Shown here piece by piece: positions 25,348 through 38,269 of a stretch of DNA of 64,000 bases. The position numbers were made by a program, and so were the translations under genes. The stretch is from Octopus sinensis (Eukaryota). The first letter of the stretch is position 1. Every line of letters starts with the position of its first letter. The DNA is taken from the NCBI RefSeq assembly GCF_006345805.1, contig NC_043002.1, forward strand, positions 62,186,001 to 62,250,000. Reading direction: 5' to 3'. A model generated the notes under the pieces. The model worked only from the letters and a program-made list of their open reading frames with translations. It made no database searches and was not told the DNA's origin.

Positions 25348-25350
<3 letters not shown>
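24912..25350 (-). mobile_element. 3' end of an R4/Dong-like RLE LINE (endonuclease domain plus 3' UTR)
   Basis: Minus strand: DLLMVDKRQKGT*LIDINIPGDAHVDDKELAKMEKYELLK ... VVLGALGVL ... LLGTGRILRLVL (PD-(D/E)xK-type RLE C-terminus). The 3' UTR runs directly into (AAT)n. Confidence 0.8.
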
Positions 25351-25391
<41 letters not shown>

Positions 25392-25397
<6 letters not shown>

Positions 25398-26644
25398 ACA
25401 ATCAAGGAACGGCCATAATAGGCCATTCACCCACTAGAAATAACAGCCAAAGCTTCAACTGCAAATAAAAGTCAATTCCGTAAACAGGAGAAAACTTAAA
25501 AAACACCCACCCTGTAATTTCCTATACGATGCTGTTCAATGGTAAACCAACCTGAGTAAATTAAATCAAGCCAATCTTCCATAGGCCCTCAGATTCTTCA
25601 GTAAGAAATAGCCACAAGTCGGGACAGATATTTTCACGAGGCATTTCCGACCCTGCCAAGTTAATATCTGACCTAAAATTTTCAAATCATCGCACTCGCG
25701 CCAAATTTATCGGCAGCAAATAAATATAAGCCGTCGATTCCATTACGGAATTAACCAGAAAATTCATAATTAATCAATATAGGGTGGCAAAAAAATTTTG
25801 TAGAATTTTTTTTTTTTTTTTTGCCACCAGCGGCCTAGTGGGAAAAAATTAAATAGTCATAGACCATTTTTAAGTTCAACATCAACAATCAAGGAACGGC
25901 CATAATAGGCCATTCACCCACTAGAAATAACAGCCAAAGCTTCAACCGCAAATAAAAGTCAATTCCGTAAACAGGAGAAAACTTAAAAAACACCCACCCT
26001 GTAATTTCCTGCTGTTCAATGGTAAACCAACCTGATTAAATTAAATCAAGCCAATCTTCCATAGGCCCTCAGATTCTTCAGTAAGAAATAGCCACAAGTC
26101 GGAACAGATATTTTCACGAGGCATTTCCGACCCTGCCAAGTTAATATCTGACCTAAAATTTTCAAATCGTCGCACTCGCGCCAAATGTATCGGCAGCAAA
26201 TAAATATAAGCCGTCGATTCCATTACGGAATTAACCAGAAAATTCATAATTAATCAATATAGGGTGGCAAAAAAATTTTGTAGAATTTTTTTGCCACCAG
26301 CGGCCTAGTGGGAAAAAATTAAATAGTCATAGACCATTTTTAAGTTCAACATCAACAATCAAGGAACGGCCATAATAGGCCATTCACCCACTAGAAATAA
26401 CAGCCAAAGCTTCAACCGCAAATAAAAGTCAATTCCGTAAACAGGAGAAAACTTAAAAAACACTCGTTTTATTTGCGGTTGAAGCTTTGGCTGTTATTTC
26501 TAGTGGGTGAATGGCCTATTATGGCCGTTCCTTGATTGTTGATGTTGAACTTAAAAATGGTCTATGACTATTTAATTTTTTCCCACTAGGCCGCTGGTGG
26601 CCAAAAAATTCTACAAAATTTTTTTGCCACCCTATATTGATTAA
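25392..26644. repeat. Head-to-tail tandem array (487 and 470 bp units plus a partial third) ending in a 178-bp fold-back
   Basis: acatcaacaatcaaggaacggcc starts at 25392, 25879 and 26349. 26467-26644 is the reverse complement of 26250-26427. Confidence 0.95.
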
Positions 26645-26647
26645 AAT

Positions 26648-26651
26648 ATAT

Positions 26652-26704
<53 letters not shown>

Positions 26705-26793
26705 CAAGTAGATGGACAAACACACAGATAGAATGAGGGACAGATGGGTGGACAGACAGATAAATAGATAAACAGACAGATATACAGATATAT

Positions 26794-26852
<59 letters not shown>
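26648..26852. repeat. Compound (GATA)n/(GACA)n microsatellite
   Basis: Direct reading. Confidence 0.93.
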
Positions 26853-26853
<1 letters not shown>

Positions 26854-27180
26854 TCATGAAGGTGGGCACATTTAGTAATGCTCATTTTCTACAGCTTTAT
26901 CTTTCGAGATATACAAAATGGCACTGAAATATTTTTACCATATGACATTCATATCAAAATATATGACTTGGAAGTAAAGAAGATAAAGCTTAATGAATTG
27001 GAAGAAGAAAGATATTAAATGTTGCATATATGTGGGAGAGAAGATATATTTAGCTCATATTTAGATGGAATTATGGTTTGCCTCTCTTGCATTTCCCTCC
27101 ATATTTTACAGCAGCATTTGATGAAAAGCGCCCACAGAAATATATGCATTTTTACAATGACAAGTGGAATATAAAATATA

Positions 27181-28217
27181 TCTCTTATTATAAAAGGCAG
27201 ATTTTATCTGCCTCCGTTTGTCTCTTATAGAAATCTACAATATAGGATTTCTTCAATTACAATTTACCTAGCATTTTTAAGAGTAGAATGCATCGGGTCG
27301 TGCCAGGTCCAGTTTTTAAAATTTCAACCCCAATTAAGCAAAATTTACAGAAAACTCACATTGTGGTGTGTAAGTGAAGTGCTTTTCTTAGTGTGGGCTA
27401 CAGCACACACACACAAACGGAGCGAACTGCTTTACTGATGCTATCACCCTAATTTCTCCCACTTTCTCTTTGCAAGTGTACCTTAAACCACTACTCAAAA
27501 AAAAAAACACAGCAAACAGAAACAAATAAATACATAACGATTTACTCCTCACACAATTTCTTCAGTTAGAGTTTATCTATGATTTTTCAAAGTACTTCCA
27601 ATCGGTCATGGCACACAAAATTTCTTACAATTTCACCCCCATTTCAGAAAAAAATCGAGAAAACTAAATATTTTACCATTTCACTCTTTCACTCTGCATT
27701 CCCACTTCCTATTTACACACATAGACACGCAAATATATAAATAAAATTGTAAGCCAAAGTGTGTGTGTGTGTGTGCGTGTGTGTGAGTGTGGTGTGTGTG
27801 TGCGTGTGTGTGAGTGTGGTGTGTGTGTGCGTGTGTGTGAGTGTGGTGTGTGTGTGCGTGTGTGACACGCGAACTTCAAAAGAACTTCGCGCGCTATCTA
27901 TCTGGTTTGCCATTCCTCACACACACGCATACACATACATATATGACAGTGACAGACACAAACGTTTCAAACAACTACATACAAACACTCAAACACACAC
28001 ACACGTGTGTGTTTGTTATTAGTAAAAAAGGCGCCAAACAAAACTCACTTCTCATTCGAACACATTTGCAAAAACACACCGACGGTGGGATTGCCATAAC
28101 AATACAGAAAAGGTAAATTGGTTTTTAATTTACTTTCTGTCGTTAAATTTTGGTAGTATTAATTGGCGAGCGTACTTCTGTTGTCAATTGTTGACAGAAA
28201 GAAATTGTAAGCTAATA

Positions 28218-28255
<38 letters not shown>

Positions 28256-28363
28256 GAAGTGAAGGATAAAAATATTGCAAGAAGTGGACAGATGTACATA
28301 TATACATCCATACATACATGTGTGTGTGTGTCTATGTATGTGTATTAATGTGTGTGTGTGTTA
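27181..28363 (+). mobile_element. Probable Helitron 5' segment upstream of the 28364 element
   Basis: A|TCtcttattataaaaggcag resembles a Helitron 5' end (TC plus a tataaa-like motif) and is followed by a ggcagat-ttt-atctgcc hairpin. No own CTAG end found before 28364. Confidence 0.45.
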
Positions 28364-28720
28364 TCTCTATATAAAGCTGAAGTTGTCTGTGTGCGCCACG
28401 TTTGGTAACCTTCAACTAACACTATCTCCTCCGAGACCCTGCGGCGCAAGTTGACTAAAATTGAGAGTATGATAGAAGGAGAGTTGCTCTTCCTTCCGTA
28501 GAACATAAAATTCAAATCGGATCATGTTAACACCAAAAATTATTTACATCAAAAAGCTGCTTTTTTCTATAAAAATCCCTATTTTTTACGATTTTTCACT
28601 GCTGTGTCGCCACTTTTCGGTGTATTTCGACCAGAAAAATGTTCACAAAATTTTTACTTTTCAAAATTATAGTTCCAGCGGGTCGAAACAAACCCGAGCA
28701 ACGCCGGGCGATACTGCTAG
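28364..28720 (+). mobile_element. Non-autonomous Helitron
   Basis: A|TCtctatataaagctgaagttgtc ... GC hairpin cccgagcaacgccggg (28693-28708) ... CTAG|T. Classic TC/CTAG ends at an AT site with no TSD. Confidence 0.85.
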
Positions 28721-29644
28721 TAATGGAATAAAATTTTCATTCAGGTGAATATTTTACAAATTTGTTATCTAAGATAACGCATTTTAACTTACCTTACCGT
28801 TGTCACATCATTTTAAAATGTCCATAATGTACAACTAAGCTTGTTAATGAATGAAGGAAGGGCCGACAGCGACCGATAGGGAGTCACTGTGTATAAAAGC
28901 GTGTCATAAATGTCGAAATTTTAGTTTGTTTTAAATATTTTACTCGAAGTATAATTTAATAACAGTGTTAGTCTCAGTCAGAAAGAGGTATCTACGGAGT
29001 GCAAGACGAAGGTTTCGAAAATTTCAGCGTTCGCTACATTCTATATAACAACAAAGAATAAGATTACAAATGTTTATCATTAAGGGATTAAGTAAAAAAC
29101 AACAAAAAAATGCTTCTAGAATCTGTAACTTTTACACATTTATAAGCTCATACAAACGTGTCGTACATGTATGTGTGCGTCTGTATGCTTAAATATGCGA
29201 GTCTAGTTATTCATACATTTGTCTATCTGTCAAACGATCGAATTAGTATTTTTAGTCTATTGTGTGTGTTTGTGTATATATGCACATGTAATATGAATAT
29301 GTCTATGATTGTATGTATGTATATGTTTAGATTTTAATATATAGAGTAATCCCTCACCAAATCTCGGTTCACCTATTGTGGACGCACTGTATAATTGGAA
29401 TATATTAAAAGAAAATACATGATGATGAGTAAACAAAGAATCACAGGTAGTGTATGGGAAAAGAATATCTGGAGGTGAGTGTGTGGTATTGTTTTGAATT
29501 TAGAATAAAATAAACAAATACAAATTATCGAAATGATAAAAACTATATACAATACATGTTTCTACTTCGCGAATTTTCTCATATCCTGTGAGGTTTTGGA
29601 ACGTAACATCCGCAACCATCGAGTGATTCCTGTATATATATATA

Positions 29645-29950
29645 TATTCAGATGAATATGGTACTTAAGTTGAGGCACAAGAATTTAGTACGGTATTATA
29701 CATACAATTTCAAAGTAAGGTGATAAAAATAAAAATAAACAACAAGGATATCTGCAGTACGATCGTTTCATGCTACTCCATTTAATTGAACAATGCAATC
29801 ATTACATCATTTTAAAATGCAGTGCGATCTTTAGCTGCAGAATGACATAGAGTTTAATTAAATTAGAACAGATGGACACATTAGTATAATTATACCTAAA
29901 ATCTCCAAGAAGTCTTGGATATTTAGGCATAATTATACTGTGTCCATCTA
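29645..29950 (-). mobile_element. Penelope-like terminus with an 80-nt hairpin and a mutated hammerhead
   Basis: Hairpin 29870-29949 (agatggacac/gtgtccatct, agtataattat/ataattatact, tccaaga/tcttgga). Downstream on the minus strand: ctgcag CTAAAGA...GAAAC gatc GTA ctgcag. Abuts a short (TA)n at ~29634-29646. Confidence 0.6.
29752..29840 (-). ncRNA. Hammerhead motif with G5A substitution and eroded stem II (probably inactive)
   Basis: Perfect 6-bp stem I ctgcag/ctgcag; core CTAAAGA versus CTGANGA; GAAAC-GATC-GTA identical to 20786-20800. Confidence 0.55.
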
Positions 29951-30039
29951 CGTATGCAAGACTCTATGAGCTCCAACAAAACCTCTGATATAGAGAAAAT
30001 AATGATGATGATGTTGATAGATAATAATAAATGCCTAGA

Positions 30040-30545
30040 TGCAGTACCTGGCTGTGGCTCCCTTGGTTTCTCATTTTAACTGATCGGAAAGTGTTATCAT
30101 GTGCATTGTTTTGTCTTGCTATAGAAGATGGGCTACAGCAAATATTCTCCTCAATACCACACATGTACTTGTCAGTTGCTTGACCTTAACCAGTTGGGCA
30201 TGTCCGTTAGTGGCTGGCAATCTCGAGCAGGAGTAATAGGGGAGCATCATAACCATTTGTTGAGAGCAATCCTTTGGGTTTCCAATAATTCATTTCAGGA
30301 AGCCAAAATGTTTCGTTCATCATTCTTACACAAACCTTATTCTGGGACCTTTTGATCAGGATGGGCTACTCAACCTGAGGAAAATTCTAACTCACCTGCG
30401 AGGTCACGCACTGTTTACCTTGGTATGAGTTCAAATAATCGCATTCATATGGTTGTGCTTGTTGTACCATTATAAAACAGGTAGTCAAGATGGGTATATT
30501 GGGCTTCGCATATTTTAGCCCAGGGTCACTTTGATGGCATGCACA
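30040..30545 (+). repeat. Interspersed repeat, homolog of 24342-24805
   Basis: Same conserved blocks in the opposite orientation. Confidence 0.75.
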
Positions 30546-30625
30546 GCTGTCTCAATAATGCTGATAATAATATCACTAATAATATATATTTTTTTTTCAC
30601 ATATCTATCTACACACATATGGTGG

Positions 30626-30634
30626 TGGTTGTGT

Positions 30635-30698
<64 letters not shown>
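30626..30698. repeat. (TAG)n microsatellite
   Basis: Direct reading. Confidence 0.95.
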
Positions 30699-31450
30699 CA
30701 TCAACTAAATCAATGTCAGAAATTACGTTTTCTTTTTCCTCAGAAATGTCGGACTTTTACAAATAGAAAACAATAGGTATTCAAGAATTTAACGTGTTTT
30801 TTAAAAAAGTATTTAAAATTAAAAACATTATAAAAAAATTATAGATTCATGTATTTCTCTTTCTTATTTTAAGATGCTGCAAAATTTATAAACACTCCAA
30901 TACGAAATGTCGAAATTAATGACCAATACGTACCTGCTTCGATATTTATAATAAATACGACGCGTTTTATATTCACATTTACGTACTTTTTGACAGTATA
31001 ACTTATTCATTTACTCACTCAATAAAATTGTTTTCCCTAAAGAATTTGCACACGTCACACACGTTAAGTCAACATTGTCAATAATTTATAGGGAGCATGC
31101 ATTCTATAAATTTAGGAGATTACTTGACATGTTGCCTCAAGTTAAATTCATAAATTTTTCAGAATCCTTATAAAAAGAGGTTATGACGTGTTTTTCATAA
31201 TCAGAAAATATACGAAAACATATGAATACGTAACCATATGAATGAATCTATGCATGTATATGTGATTATGTGGTTGTGTGTGTTTATGCGTGCGTGTGAG
31301 AGGAATGCATTGGCTCAGTATAAAAGAGAGATAGAAAAACGGATAATCGTTAACACGATTATGTTTAAAACGTTTAATACAGTATTGCAACACGTAGGGG
31401 AAGATTCTTTTCACCGACGTATTTACAATTATGAAAACCAGTACACGTTG

Positions 31451-31900
31451 TAGGAGTGGTTGTCGGGTAAGAAGCTTATTCTCCAACCTGGCTTCGATAC
31501 AAATTGCCAACATTGGACAGGTGCCTTCTACTAGAGCCCGGGCCTACCAAAGCCTAGTGAGTGGATGTACTTGACGGAAAAGGAAAGAAGACCGTCGTAG
31601 TAGTTAGAGCAGTGGACTCGCGGTTGTAGGATCACGGTTTCGATGCCCAGACCGGGCGTTGCGAGTGTTTATTGAGCAAAAACACCTAAAGCTCCACTCG
31701 GCTCCGGCTGGGGCTGGTGGCGATCCTTGCTGTAATCTTTCACCACAACTTTCTCTCACTCTTTCTTCTGTTGGCCTGCACGCTTAGCCAGCGGGGTAGC
31801 GTCATTTGAAGGCTAAAACAATCCGAAGCGCATTGTGACCAGCGATGCTTAGCAACATCTGATAGTCTGGTCGGTCACGGTGATCACGGTGATCACGGTA
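31451..31900 (+). mobile_element. SINE B 5' half (31451-31598) directly followed by a SINE A variant with a (gatcacggt)n tail
   Basis: ggagtggttgtcgggtaagaagctt...gacggaaaaggaaagaagaccgtcgta, then gttagagcagtggactcgcggttgtaggatcacggtttcgatgcccagaccgggcg..., ending ggtcacggtgatcacggtgatcacggt. Confidence 0.8.
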
Positions 31901-32810
31901 ATATATATATACTTATATGGGGGGTATATCTATGTATATATGTATCCATGTATGTATCAATATATTTCCATACAGCTTTCGCCTGAAATTGGTCAACTCG
32001 GGGCTATACTGCAAGTCACTTGCCCAAGATTTAGCGTAGCTGAGCTGAAGTAGAAACAAGAAGTTGCAGAACGATCTCCATAGCCACACAACCTTACAAA
32101 CAGCAATATAATATCACCCATGCTATTTTCAAGAGTTAATATAAGTAACTTGCACTTTTAGAACTTAACCAACATTATCCGAAGACTCATCCTAGAGAGG
32201 AATTAACGCCTGTAATGTAATGTAATGATGGAATTCACCGCTGTTAAAATGTGTAATATTGCAAATTAGAATTGGAAAAACTAATGTTATGAAATATTTA
32301 TCATATCCGTTTACTTAGCAATAATGAAGAAAATTCCTAATTAAATAAGAAGCGAATTTTGATACAGCGCTACAGAGACATTCAGTATTTAATGTTTAAC
32401 TGTTGATATTATTAATAACAATAAAACAGTAACTATAATTATGATTTCAATGAGAATTCATTGTATAAAATGTTCGTATAAAAATATCGTCTATAGCTTG
32501 CATTTAAAACACAGGGTCGATAAAATAACTAACAGCTGAACACTTGAGTCGCTTTAATCGACTTACTCGTCCCCAAAATTTGCTGGCCAAATTTGAAATT
32601 GCTATGCCAAATTGGAAATCGATATTTATGCTAAAATTCCAATTATTTTTTGCTTACACAGGCACAGGCGGAGTTGTGTGGTAAGAAGATTGCCTGTTTG
32701 GTAAGAAGCGTGGTAGTTTGCTTCCTAATCTCATGGTTCCGGGCTCATTTATCAATCGATTGAAATATTTTTCATTAATAATCTATCAGTACACACACAC
32801 ACACACACAC

Positions 32811-32854
<44 letters not shown>

Positions 32855-32855
32855 C

Positions 32856-35832
32856 ATAATTCAAAATGGGACAAGAACGCAAAACATCCGGACAACTAGG
32901 TGATACAAAAAGGGACAACAAAACATCCAGATAGACGATGCAAAATAAACGAGGACGGGTCATTCGAAGCTTCCTATCCTCAGTCAACAACCTGACCATC
33001 CTCGCAATTTCAGCTGATTAATCTTGAGATTGCTGTAATCTGGCCAGCCCCAGGGAAAAACTGGTCTAAGAGCATTAGATTCCTCGAAACGAGGACGGAA
33101 AAACAGATGATGTTGCACGAATATAAATACAAAATACAATAAAAATAATAATAACAGGCTATAACAAGTGCCTTAGGACTGGGGACGAACTGAATTCAGC
33201 TGGCATGTGTGCAAATGAAGCCTTACGGCAGAGACACACAACTTTCACACACACACAGGGAAGAATATCGAGGTTGCACTGACCACGGTCAGACGGAAAA
33301 AGGAGGCTAGCAGTCTGGCCTATCGGTCATTTGCGAAGAGAAGAGAGTGAAAAAGAGGAACAAATGAATTAAGGAGAGGGAAGAGAAGAGAGAGAGTTGT
33401 AGAAGCAGATGGACAAAAGAATTAAAGAAAGGCGATAAAAAATGACAGGGGCGTAGTGAAGTGAAAAGTGAATAAGAAAAGAAGGCAAAGAAATGTGAGA
33501 GAGGGGAAAAGAAAGAACGAAGAGTGGAATGAACGAATAAGTGTGAAAAGGTTAATAGACACGTACAAAATTTGGTAAAATTTGTTCCTATATATAACAG
33601 AGCAAAATGTACGTACGTCGCTATATATATATATATATATATATTAAGGTATGTAGAAAAATACAACATGGACAAGAACGTATAACTCATAGAAGACGAT
33701 ACAATAAACATGGACAGGACATTCGAACCCCTCAGTCTTCAGTCAAGAATCGGATCATCGTAGTAATTTCGGCTGATTAATCTTGAGATTACTAGATCAC
33801 GGCCAGCCCTCTAAGAAAAACTAAGCTGGAAGCGTAGATTTCCTGGAAGAAGGATCGAATGCATACGAACACCAGGACAGCAAAAGGGACAGATATAAAA
33901 AAAACAAAAAACAATAATGGAATACAGAAACATGAAATACAGAAGCATTAACGGTGAAAACAACAAGTGTCTTACGACTGATAACAAGCAAACAAATTTT
34001 TTCTCTGGCGCATTGGAAAAAGCCTTTATAGCGGCGAACGAAGAACAACGATGTTAACACGACGAGGGTCAGGAGCTGAAAGGCAGATTTCGGCCAACAG
34101 TCACGTGACAGAGAAGAGGGAAAAGAAAAGAAAGAGAAGCAAAGGAAGAGAGAGAGAGAAAAGGGGGACAAAACGCAACAAAGAGAGAGAAGAGAGAGAA
34201 AGAAGGAATCAGAGAGGAGAAGGGATGGGTGTCGAAGAATGACCTGTGAGTGCAGAGCGAGACAAAGAAATAGGAGGGTAGTGGAAGACTAGACCAAAGG
34301 ATCAGAGGAAAGAGAAGATGAATAGAGAGAAAGTAAAAATGAGAGAGAGAGAGAGACAAACAGAGAGTCGTACCAATTATTAAGAATATGTGTTCACATT
34401 AATGATAAAGGGGGTACGGGGCGCCTGGAATATATGTTAAGGTATGTAGAAAAATACAACATGGACAAGAACGTATAGCTCATAGAAGACGATACAATAA
34501 ACATGGACAGGACATTCGAACCCCTCAGTCTTCAGTCAAGAACCGGATCATCGTAGTAATTTCGGCTGATTAATCTTGAGATTACTAGATCACGGCCAGC
34601 CCTCCAAGAAAAACTAAGCTGGAAGCGTAGATTTCCTGGAAGAAGGATCGAATGCATACGAACACCAGGACAGCAAAAGGGACAGATATAAAAAAAACAA
34701 AAAACAATAATGGAATACAGAAACATGAAATACAGAAGCATTAACGGTGAAAACAACAAGTGTCTTACGACTGATAACAAGCAAACAAATTTTTTCTCTG
34801 GCGCATTGGAAAAAGCCTTTATAGCGGCGAACGAAGAACAACGATGTTAACACGACGAGGGTCAGGAGCTGAAAGGCAGATTTCGGCCAACAGTCACGTG
34901 ACAGAGAAGAGGGAAAAGAAAAGAAAGAGAAGCAAAGGAAGAGAGAGAGAGAAAAGGGGGACAAAACGCAACAAGAGAGAGAAGAGAGAGAAAGAAGGAA
35001 TCAGAGAGGAGAAGGGATGGGTGTCGAAGAATGACCTGTGAGTGCAGAGCGAGACAAAGAAATAGGAGGGTAGTGGAAGACTAGACCAAAGGATCAGAGG
35101 AAAGAGAAGATGAATAGAGAGAAAGTAAAAATGAGAGAGAGAGAGAGAGACAAACAGAGAGTCGTACCAATTATTAAGAATATGTGTTCACATTAATGAT
35201 AAAGGGGGTACGGGGCGCCTGGAATATATGTTAAGGTATGTAGAAAAATACAACATGGACAAGAACGTATAACTCATAGAAGACGATACAATAAACATGG
35301 ACAGGACATTCGAACCCCTCAGTCTTCAGTCAAGAACCGGATCATCGTAGTAATTTCGGCTGATTAATCTTGAGATTACTAGATCACGGCCAGCCCTCCA
35401 AGAAAAACTAAGCTGGAAGCGTAGATTTCCTGATAATACAAAATGGGAAAAGAACGCAAAACATCTGGACAACTAGGTGATACAAAAAGAGACAACAAAA
35501 CATCCAGATAGACGATACAAAAAATAATAAGGACGGGTCATTCAAAGCTTTCTATCCTCAGTCAAGAACATGATCTTCCCCGCAATCTCGGCTAATTAAT
35601 CTTGAGATTGCTGTAATCTGGCCAACCCCAAGGAAAAACTAAGCTAAGAGCATTGGGTTCCTTGGAAGAAAACATCGAATGTATACGAAAACAAGGACGA
35701 AAACCAGACGATGTTACCCAAATATAAATACAAAATACAATTTTAAAAAATAATAATAACAACATGTGTCTTTCGACAGGGGACGAATTGAATTCAGCTG
35801 GCGTGTGTGGAAATGAAGCCTTACGGCAGAGA
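32856..35832. repeat. Array of five homologous segments: A1 (32856-~33300), B1 33644-34436, B2 34437-35230, partial B3 35231-35432, A2 35433-35832
   Basis: ttaaggtatgtagaaaaatacaacatgg at 33644, 34437 and 35231 (periods 793 and 794). A and B types share cattcgaa..tc.tcagtcaa..aatttc.gctgattaatcttgagatt..ggccagccc..gaaaaact. Confidence 0.92.
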
Positions 35833-35879
35833 TACAAAGCATTCAGACACATGGGGCTAATTTATATATAGATATATGC

Positions 35880-36150
35880 ATATCTGCGAATTCAATGCCG
35901 CGGAGGTAGCAATGGCCCGGCACCCAGATCACCATCAAAATCTTGCCAGCTGCAACTAGGGATGCTGTTTGTTGCAATTCTCTAATTGTCGGGTCTGGGG
36001 GGAACGGGTTGTCTCCCGCCCCAACCAATGATTTGCAATCGCAGACTATAGCTGCGGAGGCACAGTTGTCATTGGCCTGTAGCCACCGGCGGGCTTCGTT
36101 AAATTCTGCTCTCCCGGAGTGGAATGAGCTGCTGTGAGGACCAGTCGGGG
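35880..36150 (-). mobile_element. RNase H fragment of an I/Ingi-group-type non-LTR retrotransposon
   Basis: Minus strand: SSFHSGRAEFNEARRWL..AIVCDCKSLVGA..ILMVIWVPGHCYLRGIEFAD (cf. SS..AE..A, DS.S, WVPGH.G..GNE.AD). Confidence 0.75.
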
Positions 36151-37147
36151 CGTGCTGTTGCTGTTACCAGTGTAATGTACAGGGGACAATAAGCATGAAC
36201 CCATCTCTCATTTCTACGCGTAATTTTTTAAACTCATAATCAGAATTTTTTATACATATAAACGTATTTAGCAGAAGATATTGTTTTTATGTAAAACAAA
36301 TGTTTCCAATACTTTCTTTTTGTTTCTTTGGAAACCTGTATTAATGTATATCAATATTAAAACTATACCCTGGAAATTTCTGAAGTCAATGTGTATGGAC
36401 CACCCATTTATTAATTTAAGAAAACACTGGAAATGTAGCACAAACCTTCGCCAAAATTGTGAATGATTCTGCCTCTCTACATTTATATACCGAGAAACTG
36501 TTTGCGATAGGTTTTAGTAATAATACCAGACGAAATCTACATCTTTCGGTAGGTAATATCTATGATTTTTTAGTGCATGTGTGGTTCGATACAGCACAGA
36601 ATGCATACACGCATACGTATCAATTTGAGATCTGAATAAGGTTGCCAGTAGACATAATAGCTTCCATTAAATGGGTTACATGACAGCTGACAACAGAACA
36701 GTTTGGAAAATATACTAAACGAATTGTTTCGAGAGAAGATTGATTGGTTTATAGTTGTACGACTACATGAAACCTTCTTTTTCTGCCATTGATAAGAGCT
36801 GAGATAGACGGTGATTAATGATATTTAATAAAAGGTAATGAACCATAATTTAACCAACTAAACACATATTTATATTGCTCTTCCTCAATGGTTAAGTCGT
36901 ATGTTGAAGTTACTAAAGAATTAACGGATACAAACCAATCCCAAAACATTTGTATTGATGTCTAGAAGAGAGAGAAGAAGCAGATCATTAATCAAGGAAA
37001 GACTGTTAAATACCTGGTAATACTTAACAGATGGAAGCTAAGAAATGCATATCTGGCACAGATGAAACGAAAATAAATGTAAATATAATAGAAGACATGT
37101 TTAAGATAGAATGGTAGTTAGACTCTCTATGAAGTGCAGTCAAATGT

Positions 37148-37441
<294 letters not shown>

Positions 37442-38269
37442 TGTGTGTGCAAATCAAATTGAAATCGAATAGAAATCTACTAAGATAGTAAAACATTTTA
37501 TACAAAACTCAGAAGCTTTGTATGTACGGGTTTCTCGAGAGGATACATATTTATTCAGGATAAATATATAACACGAAATAAAAAGAGGATTAATCATGCA
37601 ACGATATGGTGAACGAATCTGTGGAAATTTGCGTAGACTTGCCATGCAACTGTATAAAATAGATTTTCAATACAGTCAGCGACTTACATACATTTTGTTT
37701 TATAGGTATAGCACAATAGTGAAACTACTTGTTTCTTTTTAACCATTAATACTAAATTGGTATACTACATCTGCAATGCTTTATCAAATCTTACTAGTAA
37801 ACGGTCTAGATTTGTAGCATCATATGATGGTTAAACATTAAACAATGTAACTTCTATTAAAGATTATCCACTTGTATGTACACACAATGATGTCAACAGT
37901 ATACATTGTTGCATCTAAAACAATTCCGGAGCAGTGTCTGTAACAATACGTCAATAAAATACAAATGAGAGAGAACGGGTTTTGATCTTAGACATAGAGA
38001 TGTTTGTGTGCGCTCACAAGCATAGAATTCAGTTATTGCGCAGATGGAAACATAATTATAGATATAAAAGAAACGTAAGTAGATAAGTGCATACTCTAGT
38101 TCAGATATCCACGGATACGACACGCGGATGATGACGTGATGTTAACATTAACTTTCCACTATATTTGTAGATTTGTATATGAATAGGAGACATACATACA
38201 TACAACACACAGACACACACACTCATGCACTCTTACACAAACATACAAACACGCGCACATATATAAAGG

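Noticed and set aside
25575-25650. CTGAAGA on the minus strand of the 487-bp tandem unit as a hammerhead
   Set aside because: Neither type I nor type II topology could be completed (no GAAA after stem II, no stem I).
25392-26463. CRISPR array interpretation of the regular repeats (also 33644-35432 and 27760-27865)
   Set aside because: Units are whole-length duplicates with no unique spacers, there are no cas genes, and the context is eukaryotic.
33715-33750. CTGANGA-11 nt-GAAT motif on the minus strand of all A/B array units as a hammerhead
   Set aside because: GAAT instead of GAAA, stem II closing pair absent, and no stem I partner. At most a distant relic.
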